Below, one piece after another: positions 30,284-41,500 of a stretch of 64,000 nucleotides of DNA (position 1 is its first letter; every line of letters starts with the position of its first letter). The notes below the pieces were generated by a model. The model ran no database searches. It was given only the letters and a program-made list of their open reading frames with translations, and was not told the DNA's origin. The stretch lies in NCBI GenBank assembly GCA_963827235.1, contig CAWHAE010000010.1:576001-640000 (forward strand). The letters are read 5' to 3'. The translations under genes were made by a program, and so were the position numbers. The stretch is from an uncultured bacterium. Its GTDB lineage: Bacteria; Chloroflexota; UBA5177; JANWHV01.

Positions 30284-32695
30284 GTGGTCCGAGCTATCCG
30301 AGAGCTGGAGTTGAGGCGACTGCTCAGCGGATATGGCCTGCGGAGCAAGCTGCTCCGCCGGGTCGGCGGCACGGTGCTGGTCATCTTTGTCGTTACGGAC
30401 GTGCTCACCTACATGAAGGCAAGCAACGCCCTGCAACAGCAGGCGGTACAGACGGGTTGCGCCCAAGCACAGGTGGCTGCATCGGAGATCAACGCGTTGC
30501 TACAGACGGTCGCCGCACGTTCTGCTCAGATGAGCGCCGTCGTCGCGCTGGGCAGCCTCAATACGGCACAGCTGCGCACCTACTTCCGGAACTTGCTTCC
30601 CACGATCCCGGCGAGCCAGGCCTACAACGATTATGTCTTCTTTCAGAAGCTGGACTACCGGAACAAGAACGCACAGATCTTCTATATTCGCCCTACCTGG
30701 CCCGAGCCAAGATATCTGAACTACGACTACCATACGTCCGCTCACGCGTGGTACAGCGTACCTGCGCGCACCAGGCGCCCCTTCGTAAGCGAGCCATTTT
30801 TCGCGAGCGGAGGCTCGAACGAGAGCATGGTATCGGTCGTATCGCCCGTGCTGCATGGCAGCGAGTTACTGGGTGTGGCCGGTGTGGACCTGACACTCGC
30901 ACCACTCAGCACGATTACCGACGCGCTTCGATTCGGTTCACCGGGAAACCAGGACGGCAACGGCAGCTATGCGTTTCTCATTTCCAGCCAAAGAAATCTG
31001 GTGACATTCCCAGATCGGTCCAGCCTCGTTGGCGATGGTCGACCCGGCCAGACGATCACGACCGTCGATGGCGGCAGCTTTGCCGCCGTTGCAGATGCCT
31101 CCGGTGCGGCAGTCACGAAAGTGACCCAGCCTGGGGGAACAACGGCGCTGGTCTTCACACAGCCCGTGCCGGCTGCCGGCTGGAAGCTCGCGCTCGTGGT
31201 GCCCGAATCGCTGATCTATGCGCCGCTTAATGGCTTGCGACAGCAGGCTATCGCACTGACGATCGCGGGCACAGCTCTCATGCTGACGTTGGTCGTCCTG
31301 CTCACTGGACGCATCGTAAGGCCGATAACCTTGGTGAAACAGGCCGCGGAGCGGCTGGCCCTGGGCGATGTCTCGGTCGCGAAGGTCCTCCCACCACCTT
31401 CCTCGGATGAGGTCGGCGAGCTGACCGTGGCGTTCCGCCTGATGGAAGAGACGCTGCACAGCGCGGCCCGCGAACGGCTGGAGCAGGCTGAAGCGGCAAC
31501 GGCTTTAGCGGAAGCCGGCGCCGCCTTGGCCACCGCACTGGAACCCGAGCCGCTCTACGACATTGTCCTGCACCAAATGGCGCGCGTCGTGCCTTGCGAC
31601 ACCGCGTGCATTCTGGAGTTTCGAGACGGCTGGGCTGTTGTAGCGGGAACGTACGGTGAGCCCAGCCTACCCGTGGGAGTCCGGGTGGCGTCGCTGGAGA
31701 GCGCCCAGAGTATTTTTCCGCAGACAGAGCGCCAAGCACGGCTGCTGCTTGAGACACGCGATGCCCCGGAGTGGCACAGTATCCCTCCCCTGAACGGCAC
31801 GCTTGAAGTCCGCAGCGCGATCATCCTGCCGATGCTCGCACACGCCGAGCTTCACGGATGTCTCATCGTCGGGAATGTGACGCCGGGCTTCTACGAGGAG
31901 CCCGATTTCCAGATGGCGCGAGTCTTTGGTCAGCGTATCGCTCAGGCCCTTTGGAGCGCGCGGCTCTACCGCCTCGAGCAGCAGCGCGCTCTGGCTGCCG
32001 AGCAGTTGGCGGCGCAGCGGAGTGACTTTGTGGCGGCGGTCAGTCACGAGTTGCGCACCCCGCTCGCCGCCGTGCTGGGCTACGCTGAGCTGCTGCAGGG
32101 CCGCTGGGACCAGATGAACGATCAACAGCGGCGCGCCCGCATCGATCGCATCGTCGACGGCGCGAAGCGGCAGCACGAGCTTATTGAGAATCTGCTGCAT
32201 GTCAGTCGAGTCGAATCGAACACACCAGTGTTGCGGCGTGAGTCGGTCCGTGTCGCTCACATAGTCAACCGCGCGGTGACGATCGTACAGGGCAGCTACC
32301 CCAGCCAGCGTGTCGACGTCGACGGACCCGAAGACCTGCAGGCACGTGCCGACGCCTCACACGTGGAGCAGATTCTGACAAATCTGCTCGACAACGCGGC
32401 CAAGTATTCCCCCGAAGGTGCCCCGGTCGGCATACAGTGGGCACTGGAAGAGAAGATGACCGTCGTACGGGTGCGCGACTTTGGGCCCGGCATCGCCGCA
32501 GAAGGAAGCGGCATCCTGTTCTCTCGCTTCGGTCGTGTTCCCGGGAGCCGCATGCGCGCTGGTAGGGTAGGGACCGGCTTGGGCCTCTACCTGGGCCGAG
32601 AGTTCGCCGAGGCCATGGGCGGCACTCTTGACCTGGAGTCCACCGGCCCGACCGGCAGCGTGTTCCGCCTGCGTCTGCCGGCGCAGGCGGAGTGA
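30284..32695 (+). CDS. Membrane sensor histidine kinase: dCache-HAMP-GAF-HisKA-HATPase
   Basis: TM, WY...SEPF..GVAGVDL (Cache), GWKLALVVP, TM, RPI...DEVGEL (HAMP), GAF, SHELRTPL, DNAAKY, GTGLGL. Confidence 0.93.
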   Translation: MVRAIRELELRRLLSGYGLRSKLLRRVGGTVLVIFVVTDVLTYMKASNALQQQAVQTGCAQAQVAASEINALLQTVAARSAQMSAVVALGSLNTAQLRTYFRNLLPTIPASQAYNDYVFFQKLDYRNKNAQIFYIRPTWPEPRYLNYDYHTSAHAWYSVPARTRRPFVSEPFFASGGSNESMVSVVSPVLHGSELLGVAGVDLTLAPLSTITDALRFGSPGNQDGNGSYAFLISSQRNLVTFPDRSSLVGDGRPGQTITTVDGGSFAAVADASGAAVTKVTQPGGTTALVFTQPVPAAGWKLALVVPESLIYAPLNGLRQQAIALTIAGTALMLTLVVLLTGRIVRPITLVKQAAERLALGDVSVAKVLPPPSSDEVGELTVAFRLMEETLHSAARERLEQAEAATALAEAGAALATALEPEPLYDIVLHQMARVVPCDTACILEFRDGWAVVAGTYGEPSLPVGVRVASLESAQSIFPQTERQARLLLETRDAPEWHSIPPLNGTLEVRSAIILPMLAHAELHGCLIVGNVTPGFYEEPDFQMARVFGQRIAQALWSARLYRLEQQRALAAEQLAAQRSDFVAAVSHELRTPLAAVLGYAELLQGRWDQMNDQQRRARIDRIVDGAKRQHELIENLLHVSRVESNTPVLRRESVRVAHIVNRAVTIVQGSYPSQRVDVDGPEDLQARADASHVEQILTNLLDNAAKYSPEGAPVGIQWALEEKMTVVRVRDFGPGIAAEGSGILFSRFGRVPGSRMRAGRVGTGLGLYLGREFAEAMGGTLDLESTGPTGSVFRLRLPAQAE

Positions 32696-33078
32696 CGCCG
32701 GGCGGTAAACGCGAGAGGCCGAACGCATGGGCATGTCGTCCCGCATGCGTGACTGCACGGCGCGCAGGCGGTCGGCCCCGGTGCCGCGCGTTGCAGCGCG
32801 CCCATCGCACCCAAGATCATTGCACGAGGGGGACGTACACGGTCAGCTCGTGCAAGGCTGCAACAGCTGTCGGCACCGCCGCTACCATTCATACAGCCGC
32901 AAAGGCTGGTCACTCCGCCTGAGCGTTGAGACCCATGATGGCGGGGCATACGTCGAGCAGACTGCGGTCCGCCGGCAGTGCTTGACCGCGAAGCCGGCGC
33001 CACGATCAATCGGCCGTACCTCCAGCGCGTGGAGGCACCCTTCCTCGCTACAGACCATGCATTGGGATCACTATGAAA

Positions 33079-33113
33079 CTGACTAGCGATAATGATCACT
33101 TATCGCTAGTCAG
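33079..33113. repeat. Perfect 14-7-14 inverted repeat (lox/dif-like recombination site or operator)
   Basis: CTGACTAGCGATAA-TGATCAC-TTATCGCTAGTCAG; AT-rich in a GC-rich intergenic region. Confidence 0.85.
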
Positions 33114-33519
33114 ATCTCGCGCTGCGCGCCGGCTCACGCCGGTGGGCAGCGATGGGGCGCGACGGACGCGGGGCCTCCAGCCACTCCTATCCTGGGTCAG
33201 TCCGGCGAGAGCACACACGAGCAACAGAGCGTGCGACTCTTTGCCGCCATTTGGTCGTTCGCGGCCCTGAGAGGGCGCCGACTCGAACGCTGGTACCGAG
33301 CAGTGCCGGGTTCGGCTGCTGCTGCACCTCGATCACCACTCGCGCCGGCAGCTCCGTGGCGCGTACCATCTGTTGCTATACTGTCTCCGGCACCGTGGAC
33401 GGCAAATTCTCGGTGAGCGACGAGGCGGGCTAGAACGGCTCGCTAGACGGGTCCAGTATGCAGGTTCCTTGTTCAGCTCCTTACCTGCCGGTGTCGCATG
33501 GCCCTGGGAGTGCTCGCCG

Positions 33520-34830
33520 ATGAGCGCCCTGCGACGCATTGGTGCTCTGCTCCAGACTGTTGACAGATCGATCCTGCCAGTGGATGCGTCTCAAGCGCGC
33601 TGCCTCCCACAGCCCGGGAGGGCCGCCGGTTCCTCGTCTCTTTCGGCCCGGCAGATGCAGGGATCGCCGGCGTGCGAGCCCAGCACGGTATGCGCCGCGC
33701 TGCATGGTAGACTCTGTCCGCTGGCCGAGGCCTGTCCTGCGCTGCGGCAGGCGCTGAGTCAACTTCGCTGCCCGCTTCCGGCTGAGCCCGAACCCGTAGA
33801 GGCCGTTATGCTCACGCCGCTTCCGGACGGCAAGGCTGTTTTCCGGCAGTGGAGGCATCTCATCGACGGCTGGATAGCGCTATTGGTCGCTGTCTGCTGT
33901 CTGATGCTTGTGCTGCGAACAGTGCTAGTGCTCGGTCAGCAGGTTGGGGATGAATCGATCGTGGTTCAGAACCCCGTTCCGGCAAGCGCCGTCACCCCGC
34001 TGCCGGAGCCGGCCCTTGCCGTCGATGGCGTATATGGCGATCGAGCGGGACTGTCCAATCCTCACGCGGCTGCCCGCTTACCGGACGGGAGTCTGGTGGT
34101 GGCCGACACCGGCAACCGCCGAGTGGTGATTCTGTCGACGAGCGGTGACGTGCTGCGCAGCATAACCGACTGTTCCCAGTCTGCTGCTGCGCCTTACGGC
34201 GTTGCCGTGGACGGTGACGGATTTGCCGTCCTCGATGCCGGCTGCGGCACCATCGACCTGTACGGGTCCGACGGGCAGCTTCAGCGGCATGTACTGCAGA
34301 GTCCGTGGCTGGTCGGGGCACGGGATCTCCAGCCCGGTCCTTCCGGCGACGTGCTTGTCGCCAACCCGAGTATAAACACGATCCTTGACCTATCCGCGAC
34401 GGGCTTGGTGACACGCCGGGTAACCAAGGTCTTTGGCGCGGCTAGTGGTCAATGGGCCGGAGTAAGCGCGGCGACCTGGGGTGCTCACGGCCTGCTGTAC
34501 GCGCTTGACAGTGAGAACAACCGCATCCAGGCTCTGGACGCCAGCGGTGTCGTGGAGCGTACCTGGCCGGCCCCTGCTTCCGATGCCGACCATCCACTCG
34601 GCATGCTCGCTCTGCCCGACGGCTCGCTCCTCTCGGTCGATCCGAGCGAAGGTCTGCTCACCTATCCGCCCGGGGGTGGTCCACCGCGCTCCCTGCCGTT
34701 GACGGTGGACAATCAGCCGCTGAGTGAAAGCGGCGCGGTGTTGGGGTCGCTCGCGCCTGCCGGAACCCGGCAGGTGTTAGTGGTCGACAGCGCGGGGGAC
34801 CGTGTACTCCTGGTCCGAGTGCCGCACTGA
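33520..34830 (+). CDS. Membrane-anchored NHL-repeat beta-propeller protein
   Basis: LSNPHAAA..PDGSLVVADTGNRRV, PYGVAVDG, LYALDSENNRIQ; one TM (WIALLVAVCCLMLVL). ATG at 33520 with GGGAG RBS; start uncertain. Confidence 0.8.
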   Translation: MSALRRIGALLQTVDRSILPVDASQARCLPQPGRAAGSSSLSARQMQGSPACEPSTVCAALHGRLCPLAEACPALRQALSQLRCPLPAEPEPVEAVMLTPLPDGKAVFRQWRHLIDGWIALLVAVCCLMLVLRTVLVLGQQVGDESIVVQNPVPASAVTPLPEPALAVDGVYGDRAGLSNPHAAARLPDGSLVVADTGNRRVVILSTSGDVLRSITDCSQSAAAPYGVAVDGDGFAVLDAGCGTIDLYGSDGQLQRHVLQSPWLVGARDLQPGPSGDVLVANPSINTILDLSATGLVTRRVTKVFGAASGQWAGVSAATWGAHGLLYALDSENNRIQALDASGVVERTWPAPASDADHPLGMLALPDGSLLSVDPSEGLLTYPPGGGPPRSLPLTVDNQPLSESGAVLGSLAPAGTRQVLVVDSAGDRVLLVRVPH

Positions 34831-34872
34831 GGTGGTCGCGCGGATGACGTGTGATGCAGATCGGAGGCGGGC

Positions 34873-36858
34873 GTGGTCACGCTGATTGAACTCCTCCTGG
34901 CAATACTCCTTTTTGGCCACGCGTTTTTACGCCTGTCCGGCCCACCGCGACGACGAAGGCCGATGGCGGACGAGACGGCAAGTAGTGTGCCGGCGCCGGT
35001 AGGAATTGGCGCCTACCGGGCCGCCGGCCGACCGAGGGTAAAGGCCGGTCTCACAGCGGCCACGCCGCCACTCCTGCTGTTCGTTCTGGCCGTCATCCTT
35101 CGCTGGTGGGACCTTGGCGCGCAGTCAGGTGCGCTGCTGGGCGATGAGGCGCAACTCATGGCGGAGGCACGAAAGTTCGGCGAAGGCATCTACACCGGAC
35201 CGTTTCTCATCGACCACCTTGGGCTACCTGCTCTGTACGACTATCTGATCAGCATCCCGATGCGCCTTACTGGCAACGTAGATGTCACGGTGGCGCGCGA
35301 GACGACGTCACTGGTGGCAGCCCTAGGTGCGCCGCTTGTGTATGTCATTGCGCGCGAGCTGGGGCTGAGCCGTCTAGTGGGGATCATGGCAGGCGTCGCC
35401 TACTCCACCAGCGAATGGAGTTTGCTCTTTTCGCGGATGGTGCTGCAGAACATCGTCACCGCGCCCGCGACCGCGGCGACGGTCCTGTTGCTGGTCATGG
35501 CAGTGCGGCGCGGCAGCCTGAGTCTTGCCGCCCTCGCAGGGGTAGGCCTGGCGTGGGCGTTCAACACCTATTTGTGCGGCACAATGGTCGTGCCGATCGT
35601 ATTCGGCTGGCTGGGCTTGGCGCTACTGTGCGCGAGCGACTGGCGCGTTCAACTGCGGCGCCTGGTGGGCAAGTACCACGCGAATCGCCCGGGCGACACA
35701 CGAGGCGACGCGCCCGGCGCCGAGGGTGCGACACGGGAAGGCTGCCACGACCTCTCGGATGTGCAGGTCCAGTTGTCCAGTCTGAAACTGCTGGGCGTCA
35801 CCGCGGTATTCTCTGCCGTATCCGCGGTCTGCCTGTGGCCGTTGCTGCAGTTGTATACGGCGCCGGACAGCGGTCTCGTGTCGCACGCCACCGAACGCCT
35901 GATCCTCACAGCGTCGAATCGCGCATCGTTCGCCTCCGCTCATCCTGAGATTGGATCGAGCCTCGCGGGCCTGCTCTGGTACCAGCTCAAGGCGACCCTC
36001 GGCGTCTTCTCGGTCCAGGGCGAGATCGCCACGGAGTTCAATATCCCGGGACGGCCGTTGCTGGATCCTCTGAGCGCTGCGCTGCTCTACATCGGGTTTG
36101 CCGGATGTATCCTGCGCATCCGGCGGTCAAGCATGCAGCTCTTGCTACTCTGGTTCGTGGTGCCGTTGGTCCTTGGGATGATGCTGACCACGGGATTCGT
36201 GGGCGTGACACAGGTGCCCACGATCACTCGCTCCCTGCCGGCACTGCCGGCGCTTTGTCTACTGATCGGCCTAGGCCTGCAGGACGTGCTCTTACTTGCC
36301 GGCGCGGTAACACGACGGGTGGCCGGGCGCTGGGCGCGACGGCAACGGCACTATGTACCCGCGCTGCTTGTCGCCGTGGCCGTGGCCGGCGCCACCGGTG
36401 TCATGGAAGTGCAGCAGTATTGGGACTACGCGGACTCCCCGACCTACGGGGTCAACCGCTTTGTCTCCGCTCGCGAGTGGGGGTCATTCATCCAGCCGCT
36501 TGGTGCGGTGCCGGTGACAGTCATTAGTCCTCAAGGGTGGTCAATAGAGTTTAGCGTCCTCTATGCGCCGCACGCGCGCATCTGCGTAGGCCTGGCGTAT
36601 GGGCAGTGGAACACCGCGTGTCCGCCGTCAACCGTCATTCTGTTCGACAGGGACCAGGCGGACGCAGCCCAGTACGCGGCTCTGACGCACCTTGCGGTAC
36701 TGCCGGGACCGTCCGACGATTCGGAGATCCGATTCTGGTACGTCAAGGGCGCACGCCTGCCCGATCCTGTGCAGGTGTTGCATGCTCCCAGTCCTTTCGT
36801 GGCCGGGACGCCGATGCCGACCACGCCGGCAGTGGCGCTGTCGGGCAGTACCGGCTAG
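34873..36858 (+). CDS. GT-C fold glycosyltransferase (GT39/PMT/ArnT-like)
   Basis: LRWWDLG...GDEA acidic motif after TM1, multiple TMs, W.LLFSR, NIPGRPLLD. Confidence 0.85.
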   Translation: MVTLIELLLAILLFGHAFLRLSGPPRRRRPMADETASSVPAPVGIGAYRAAGRPRVKAGLTAATPPLLLFVLAVILRWWDLGAQSGALLGDEAQLMAEARKFGEGIYTGPFLIDHLGLPALYDYLISIPMRLTGNVDVTVARETTSLVAALGAPLVYVIARELGLSRLVGIMAGVAYSTSEWSLLFSRMVLQNIVTAPATAATVLLLVMAVRRGSLSLAALAGVGLAWAFNTYLCGTMVVPIVFGWLGLALLCASDWRVQLRRLVGKYHANRPGDTRGDAPGAEGATREGCHDLSDVQVQLSSLKLLGVTAVFSAVSAVCLWPLLQLYTAPDSGLVSHATERLILTASNRASFASAHPEIGSSLAGLLWYQLKATLGVFSVQGEIATEFNIPGRPLLDPLSAALLYIGFAGCILRIRRSSMQLLLLWFVVPLVLGMMLTTGFVGVTQVPTITRSLPALPALCLLIGLGLQDVLLLAGAVTRRVAGRWARRQRHYVPALLVAVAVAGATGVMEVQQYWDYADSPTYGVNRFVSAREWGSFIQPLGAVPVTVISPQGWSIEFSVLYAPHARICVGLAYGQWNTACPPSTVILFDRDQADAAQYAALTHLAVLPGPSDDSEIRFWYVKGARLPDPVQVLHAPSPFVAGTPMPTTPAVALSGSTG

Positions 36859-37257
36859 CTGACCCACGATCCCGCGTTCATCGAAGCATCCCGGTAGAAC
36901 CACAATGGAGTCTCCGCAGCGTTCGGTATGCGGTGACCGTCCGGATCGCGCCGATCCGGCGGCGGCATGGCGGCTCGCCTCGCTCTTAGGGCCGGCAGCG
37001 GCAGCCGGGGAGGCACCGGCGCTCTTCGCCGTTTCCGGCGGCGTGCCACGTGTGAACGTGCTCCGTGGTTGTCGTCCAAGCGCTGAGGCGTTCCAATCGG
37101 CCATTCTGCTCGGGCAGCTCTTCGAAGGCGTGCCGTAGCAGTACGGTAACGCCGGTGCCTTTCCGCTTTCGCGCGGTATGTGGCTACACTGCTTGCGGTC
37201 ATCAACCCACAAGTGCAAAGACATACTGCACGCGGTCGGGCGACAGGGAGGTGAATC

Positions 37258-38379
37258 ATGATCGGACGGCACGAAGGCCGCGGGGCAGTGCCCCTGTTCG
37301 TGGCCGGGCAGCTGCCCGAAGCGCAGGCGCAGCCGGTGTCCGTCCTGGCCCGATTCGGCGAATGGCGCACCTGGCTGTCGTTTGCCGTGGCGGTGGGCAT
37401 TCTCGTCCTTGCCACGCGCAAGGCAGGTATCGACTGGGCCAGCACAATGAACACGCTCGGTGCTGCCAATCCGGCACTGGTGGCGCTTGCCTTTCTGGTG
37501 TACTACGCATCGTTTCCGCTTCGCACGGAGCGCTGGCGCCGCCTGATGTGCAACGCCAACGATCCCGCACTCCGGCCGGCCATTGCTGCATTCCCGTTGC
37601 CGCGACTCACCGGGATTCTCTACCTGTCGTTCTTTGCCAACGTGATCGTTCCCCTGAAGCTCGGCGACGTGTACCGCGCCTACCTGGCGCGCCGCTGGCT
37701 GGGTACGTCGCTTTCGCGCACGGTCGGCGCCCTCCTGGCCGAGCGGGTACTGGACCTGGTGGTACTCTTTCCCCTCCTAGTTTGCTCCGCCGTGTTGGCC
37801 TTTCGCGATCGTCTCTTCACGTCGAACGACGATCTGGTCCGCACAGCGCTCCTAGGCGGCTTTGCGCTGGCGCTTCTTGCCGCGGTGCTCCTTGTCGTGA
37901 TCTGCGCCATGGGTGAGCGCGCGTTGGGAGTCCTGCCGGTGCAAGGACGCGCAGCCTTCGCCCGATTCCGGCAGGGCACGATGGCCTCGTTCGGGCAGGG
38001 ACGACTCGCCCTGGTGGCACAGACGGGCGTGATCTGGCTGATGGAGGGCGGTCGAGTGGCGTGCGTTCTCTGGGCGCTGGGACTGCTCGGCGCGGGCAAG
38101 CTCGGCATTGGGGCGGCGATCTTCCTCGCGCTGGGCTCCTCCGTCTTGACGACGTTCCCCTTCACTCCTGGGGGCCTCGGCATCGTAGACACCTTTTTCG
38201 CCGCGGGCCTGGTCCTCCTAGGCGTGCCGGGCGGCAAGCCCACGGCGGTGGCGGTCGTGGTGGTAGACCGCCTGATCAGCTACGTGAGCATCGCGGTGAT
38301 TGGATTTGCCGTCTACCTGCTCACCGACGTGGCACGGCCCGGATCGAATGTTCCAGCACAGGACCGCGTGGTGGCGTGA
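37258..38379 (+). CDS. Lysylphosphatidylglycerol-synthase TM / UPF0104 flippase-like protein
   Basis: LRTERWR.L, FANVIVPLKLGDVYRAY, AERVLDL, PFTPGGLGIVD, DRLISY. Confidence 0.9.
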   Translation: MIGRHEGRGAVPLFVAGQLPEAQAQPVSVLARFGEWRTWLSFAVAVGILVLATRKAGIDWASTMNTLGAANPALVALAFLVYYASFPLRTERWRRLMCNANDPALRPAIAAFPLPRLTGILYLSFFANVIVPLKLGDVYRAYLARRWLGTSLSRTVGALLAERVLDLVVLFPLLVCSAVLAFRDRLFTSNDDLVRTALLGGFALALLAAVLLVVICAMGERALGVLPVQGRAAFARFRQGTMASFGQGRLALVAQTGVIWLMEGGRVACVLWALGLLGAGKLGIGAAIFLALGSSVLTTFPFTPGGLGIVDTFFAAGLVLLGVPGGKPTAVAVVVVDRLISYVSIAVIGFAVYLLTDVARPGSNVPAQDRVVA

Positions 38380-38553
38380 TGGTAGGCGATGTCGCTCGTC
38401 CGGCGGCATCCCTGCGTGTGCTCGCAGCCGTTGTGCCCGGACACCATCTTCGATACAGTACCTGTGAACACGGGGGTCGGGGCTCGTGGGCACCCTTGAA
38501 AGCACGCGACGTCCGACCTGGGGCAGTCGCCTGCCCCGCGGCTTCTAGAAGAA

Positions 38554-41500
38554 GTGCTTGCTGACATGGCTTCCGTGCTGCAGACGCTCAATGGCGACTG
38601 GCTCCGCCTGCTGCTGACCATCGAGCTGCTCGGCCTGGCGGCGACGCCGCTGGCTGCCCTGCTGTTCGGTGCCCTGCCGGACCGTGGCTACGGGTTGTCC
38701 AAGCCGCTGGGCATGCTGCTGGTCGCCGTGGCCAACTGGTGGCTCGGCAGTACCATCGGGGCCGCGAACTTTCCCTGGCTGCTCTGGCTCCTCTGTATCG
38801 CACTGACAGGCGTGAGTACGTGGCTGCTCATGCGAGGTCTGGTACAGCTGCCCGTCCGTGACCTCGGCTGGCGCCGTACCGTGGCCGCTGAAGAGGCACT
38901 GTTTCTGCTGGCCTTCGTCGGCTGGGCCTTCGTGCGTGCGCTCAAGCCCGAGATATTCACCAGCGAGAAGCCCATGGACTTCATGCTGCTGCAGACGAGC
39001 GGGTCCACGCACAGCTTCCCGCCGCCCGATCTGTGGTACCAGGGAGCCAGGGTCAACTACTACTACCTGGGGTACGCCATATTCGGCATGCTGGGCCGCA
39101 TGGCAGGCGTCGATGTCCGCTTCGGATTCGACCTGTACAACGTGGCGATCTTTGCTCTCAGCTGTACCGCCGCATGCGCGCTGGGAGCCGCGCTTACCCG
39201 CCGACTGCTCGGGGGCCTGGGCGGCACCTTCTTTCTCATGCTCGCCGGTGATCTGCAAGCGGTCGGGCAATTCTGGTCGCAAATTCAGGGTGGGGGGCTG
39301 CGGCTGACCGGCCTGGACCTCTGGTGCAGCACGCGGGTGATCGACGGCGGCTGCCTTGGTCAGCACACGATCACCGAATTCCCCGCTTTCAGTCTATTGT
39401 TCGCCGACCTGCATCCGCACGTGATGGCCATTCCATTCGTCCTGCTCGTGATCGGCTGCGCGGTACACGCCCTGCTGGACCCCGGCGCGGCCGCCGCGCC
39501 CCGCGCCGTGCGCTGGACTCGGCTCGGCATCGCCGCGCTCGCGGCAGGCTCCCTCTTCGCGATCAATTCCTGGGACTACCCTACCTACCTCGTCGTCGTG
39601 CTTGCGGCGCAGTTCCTCGCCTGGTGGCGGCGCGGAGATGGTTCGAGGACGTGGCCGAGGCTGCTCGAGATTGCCGCGATCGTTCCGCTCAGCGTGCTCT
39701 TCTACTTCCCGTATCTACTCACCGTGCACGCCACGACAGTGTTCAGCATGCGCTACAGTGTGACCAGTCTCGGCGAGATGGCTGCCGTCCTGGGTGGGCT
39801 CTTGCTGCCTCTCCTCGTATTCGTCGCGGCGCAGGCTGGACCCAGGCTGTGGTCACCCGGGAGGCCGGCGCAGGAGTCTGCGCGGCGCCGCGACGCCGAG
39901 CACCTGCTCACACCGCGACAAGTGTGCTGCATCCTCTGCGCTTTCGCGCTTGGCGTTGCACTGGTCTGCCTGCCCTGCCGGACGGACATCCTGTTCCTGA
40001 CCCTGGCGGCGGGCGCGGCCTGTGCGCTGCTGCGTCCCCGGGGCACCGACGACGGCGCCGTCTCTGCAGCATTACTCCTCGTACTGGTCAGCATGGTGGT
40101 CCTCAGCGCAGCCGACGTCGTGTTCCTGCGCGACGTCTTTTCCGCCGGCCCGCAATACCGGCTGAACACGGTCTTCAAGCTGTACTACCAGGGCTGGATC
40201 CTCCTCGCCACCGCGGTTCCGGTCGGGATCGTGTCCGTGGCGCGCATGCTGCGCGCGCGATCCCGGTCGCTGCTGCTGGCCGTTTGGTGCGGGCTGGCGG
40301 CAGTACTTTGCACGGTCCTGGGCGCGTATTCCGTGGAGGGCGTGGCCAGTCAAGGGAACAACCTGGCCCCGACGTCGGGATTGGACGGTCTAGCCTTCGT
40401 ACAGCACGTGGAGCCCGATGTGTATGCCGCGGTGCAATGGGTGCAGACGCATACGGCACCGGGCGATGTGATCGCGGAGGGTGAAGGCATGTCGTACTGG
40501 AACCTCGATCCGGATCCGAGCACTTGGACCAGCCAGATATCGGCGCTCAGCGCTCGCCCTACCATCGTCGGCTGGCCGAACGATCACGAGTGGCTCTGGC
40601 GCGGCGGGTTCGCCAGCCAGGCAGCCGGTGCCAAGGTGCTTCAGCGCATGAACGATGCGGACACCCTCTATACGACCACGGACCCCGGCACAATGATCGC
40701 CATCCTGAGTCGGTATGACGTGCGGCGCGTCTACGTCGGCCCGTACGAGCGCGCGACGTACTATGCCTACGGCGATACTTCGGGTTACATGAAGTTTGGG
40801 CGCTTCCTGACCCCGGTATTTACGCGCGGTGCGGTGTCCATCTTTGCCGTGCCGGACCGGCTGCCGGACTACGTGCCCTCCGTACCTCCCGTGACATCGG
40901 TACTCCCGGTACTGCAGGCGTCGAGCCTGCGCGTGGATTCCAGCCGCACGGCCGGTGCGCCGGCCGGCCAGTCGTACCTGGTTCTTCAGCTCCAGGTGCG
41001 CAACGCCACGGCGAAGCCACTCAGCTTTACCCTGGATGATCTGTTCCTTCTGGACCCCAGCACCAAGCAGCACTACGCCGTCGCCCTCGATCCGGATGTG
41101 GCCGCGAGCCAGCTCGAGCCCGGCACGGTCGCGCCGCATGCCGTGGTGTCGGGTGACGTGGCCTTCGCGGTAGACGACAGCGCTCTGCGAGCCCAGTCGT
41201 TCAGCGTCGTGTTCAAGTACGTGCCGCAGCGGGCGGGACCGCCGGTCGCCCCGGTCCTACCGGCTATGATTGCCAGCGACCTCCGCGTGGATGCGCGCTC
41301 CCGAGCCTCGGGATTAGCTCCTGGCCAGGTCTACCTGCTGGTGCACGTGCTGCTGCGCAACAAGACGCAGAAGACTCTGCAGTTCACACCGGCCAACATC
41401 GTCCTGCTCGATCCGGAAACGGGCACGAAGTACGCGGCAGGCCTCGATCCGACGATACGCGCGACGGCTCTGCAGGCGGGAAGCATTCCGCCATCGGGCC

